Origin: Mytilus edulis
Taxonomy: Eukaryota
NCBI RefSeq assembly: GCF_963676685.1
Contig: NC_092355.1
Span: forward strand, 17,360,001-17,424,000
DNA length: 64,000 nt
Reading direction: 5' to 3'
Part shown: positions 61,586 through 64,000 of the stretch, piece after piece
Layout: every line of letters begins with the position of its first letter
Position numbering within the stretch: position 1 is the stretch's first letter
Position numbers and translations under genes: made by a program
Notes under the pieces: model-generated
The model's database searches: none
Seen by the model: only the letters and a program-made list of their open reading frames with translations
Told to the model about the DNA's origin: nothing

Positions 61586-63274
61586 TCAAGAAACATCATA
61601 TAGAAATGCGGACTTGTTTTCATTTGCTACTAACAACTTGTTAATTGTTGGTTCGAAATGCAATCCACGCGGAATATTTAGGCCATCACGAGAGGACAAT
61701 ATTGTTCTGCAACGCTTTCCATCAGGGGAAATGATGACAACGCTGTGTGTATCCCTACTGACAACATACACGTTTTCGTTGCTGTCTATAGATATACCCT
61801 GTGGATATCGCAGATTTTCTGTATCTTTAAATTCCCATTTTTGATTTCTATGGATATCATAGCATGTTACAGAATGGTTGTCTATATTTGTATAATACAT
61901 ATTGTCACCATGCACAGCAACATACGAAAAAGATGGCATATTAAGACGAACAAGTTCCTTTTCAGATTCACCATTCAATTGAACTTCCATTATTCCTTTA
62001 CCTGACTTACAGTATACCAGGACATTTTTATTCAGTGCTATACCATATGAATATTCACTGCTTTGCATAGTTCTCTTGATCGTTCTGCTGTTAGGGTCAA
62101 TAATGTGAATAACATTTGAACCGAAGCCACTGGTAACGGCAATGGAATTTTCTCCTTCAATATACGCCATATCAAATGCGCGTGTATCTAGCCGAATTTC
62201 AAACTCATGCGTACCGTTGCTTTTCAACCCAATTAAATTTCGATTATTATAATCACAGAACATCATCTTGCCATTTGGTAAAATTGCGCAACCTCTTAAA
62301 CCCCCAGAAGATTTCAAATTTATTTCCATTTTGTTGCTTAGTACGATATCATCAACGACTTTTGAAATTACAATAGGTACCATCATCTGAGCTTCTTTGT
62401 TTTTGTTACTGTCAATAACAACTTTGCACGACTTTGACTCAACACTGACGGACCCAAAACTAGCAGTGTTGCAAATGTTTTGTACTTCTTTATCAATAAC
62501 CAATGAAAGGGTTTTTATTTTCATGTCCTCGCTTTTCAGGACAGACTGAATAATCTCTTCTTTGTCCAAAATCTCCTTTTCAATGTGCTTTAATGCTAAA
62601 AATGTTTGTAATTCTGATGCATGTTGTTTGATGGTATTTTGGTTAACCTGTAGGTCCGAAATTCCCTTTTCGATCTCCCCAATCTCAGACAACTACTGAT
62701 TAATTTTCTTACTTTCATTTTCTTCATTAGCATATAATTCTTTTATTATAGTCTCTTGCACTTTGTCTAAATGGTCGTTGATCGTTTTTCGGGTTTGGTT
62801 TATATCACGTTCAATCTTTACCCTCTCATCCTGAAGACATTTTAAATTGTCTGTGCGGTCATTACGAAGAATTCGTACATTTTTCAACATTTGGACTAGT
62901 CTTTGCTCTACCTCCAGAAAGGCATTCGATGATTTGACATTTTGGACGATATCATCTATGGCTGTTAAATCTTTACACTCATTATGCGTCTCTATAACAC
63001 ATCTTCTACAACACGGGCAGTCATGTTTCTTACAGAATGTTTGATATTGCTCTTTGTGTTTTTGACATGTTTGTGTTATCGCTAACACATTTGATGGTAG
63101 CTTCTGATATTCTGTAATTGAAATAGTGTCATGGTTCCTAGTTGATTTTGATGCCCCATGGTGCTCTCTACACTCGCCACAAAGTCCCTCGTCACATTCT
63201 GAGCACCACACTACTGATGTTTTGTTGATGTTTCGATATTCACATACACCACAAACAGTCCAATTACTCGCCAT
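61586..63274 (-). pseudogene. TRIM-like B-box/coiled coil/NHL copy 5 (B-type) with one in-frame TAG in the coiled coil
   Basis: ORFs 62693..63301 and 61586..62692 are in the same frame and abut. SKKINQ*LSEI aligns without gaps to SKRIKLLLCEI of copy 1 (TTG->TAG at 62693-62695). Total length 1689 nt, same as copies 2 and 4. Confidence 0.88.
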
Positions 63275-64000
63275 TCTACAAAACAAAAACATTAAAAACA
63301 CTGCAGATGTTCAAACTCTACAGAAAAATGTGAATATAATATATTTGTTCATGTGGTCAACTTTATAAATGAGCACTTGCCTGGCCTGTCATATTTCGCA
63401 GATTTCAATCAGCTAATTATGACACGTCGTTAAAAATCCAAAGCACCGGGTTTTGGTGCTACTCATGACCCTGAAAAACGTCATGCTAGTTTTATGCTTA
63501 GACCTGTGGTTGTTCCTGTGCTAAAACTGATTTCTGTAGATTATCCATTATGTTTGTTATTCAATATGTAGTAAACTTACAATTTAATCATTGTATATAT
63601 GCTTTTCGCTGGCATTAATTTAAGTAAATGCATCTCTTGACTACAATGTCGTCGATGAATGTGATTACTGACCTAGTTTTGCAAATTGCCCACGTTGATG
63701 TTCCGTGGTCTAAGACTATATATATACCTGTAACTTACATACGGTAAAAGAAATGTTTAAATAAAAAAATTGTTTTATATCATTTTCAAATAATAAAAAG
63801 TCACCTCATTCGGACTTAGACCGACAATGTCCCGTATTACGATATTAATTTGTTCGAGGGGTTTCCCTTGGGCGACATTCATTGACAATTAAGAGCTAGT
63901 GTTTAGATCAAAGGACGTTGTCTATTTTTGTCAAATAATGCATTTTTCCTTCAACCTGATCATAATATACAAAAATAAAAAGCTTCTCAAATAAAGGCAA

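Noticed and set aside
62693-62695. Selenocysteine or programmed readthrough in copy 5
   Set aside because: The codon is TAG, not TGA, aligns to Leu, is unique to one copy and lacks a known readthrough context.

Overview
AT-rich eukaryotic DNA; the repeat content and ~360-nt hammerhead retrozymes suggest a bivalve, most likely Mytilus (inference). The window is a head-to-tail, minus-strand tandem array of RING-less TRIM-like genes (B-box1, B-box2, coiled coil, NHL-type beta-propeller; ~561-562 aa in one coding exon). There are five recent copies: three intact (ATG at 7546, 23615, 47488), one with two +1 insertions (37151) and one with a single in-frame TAG (63274). Three older decayed paralogs lie at ~13.7-14.2, ~30.2-31.8 and ~54.8-57.7 kb. 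The copies are sequence mosaics: copy 2 joins an A-type 5' half to a B-type 3' end, there are apparent gene-conversion tracts, and variation concentrates in predicted top-face propeller loops. A conserved promoter/non-coding exon-1 module (E-box, ETS, splice donor, overlapping uORF) sits ~3.2-3.5 kb upstream of copies 1-3 and is deleted upstream of copy 4. Between genes are type I hammerhead ribozyme repeats (359-nt retrozyme units), Penelope-like RT fragments, an Academ-like remnant, several MITEs (including a Spy-like element without TSD), a SINE with a 13-bp TSD, and minisatellites. Repeat boundaries were read by eye and are approximate unless TSD/TIR positions are given.
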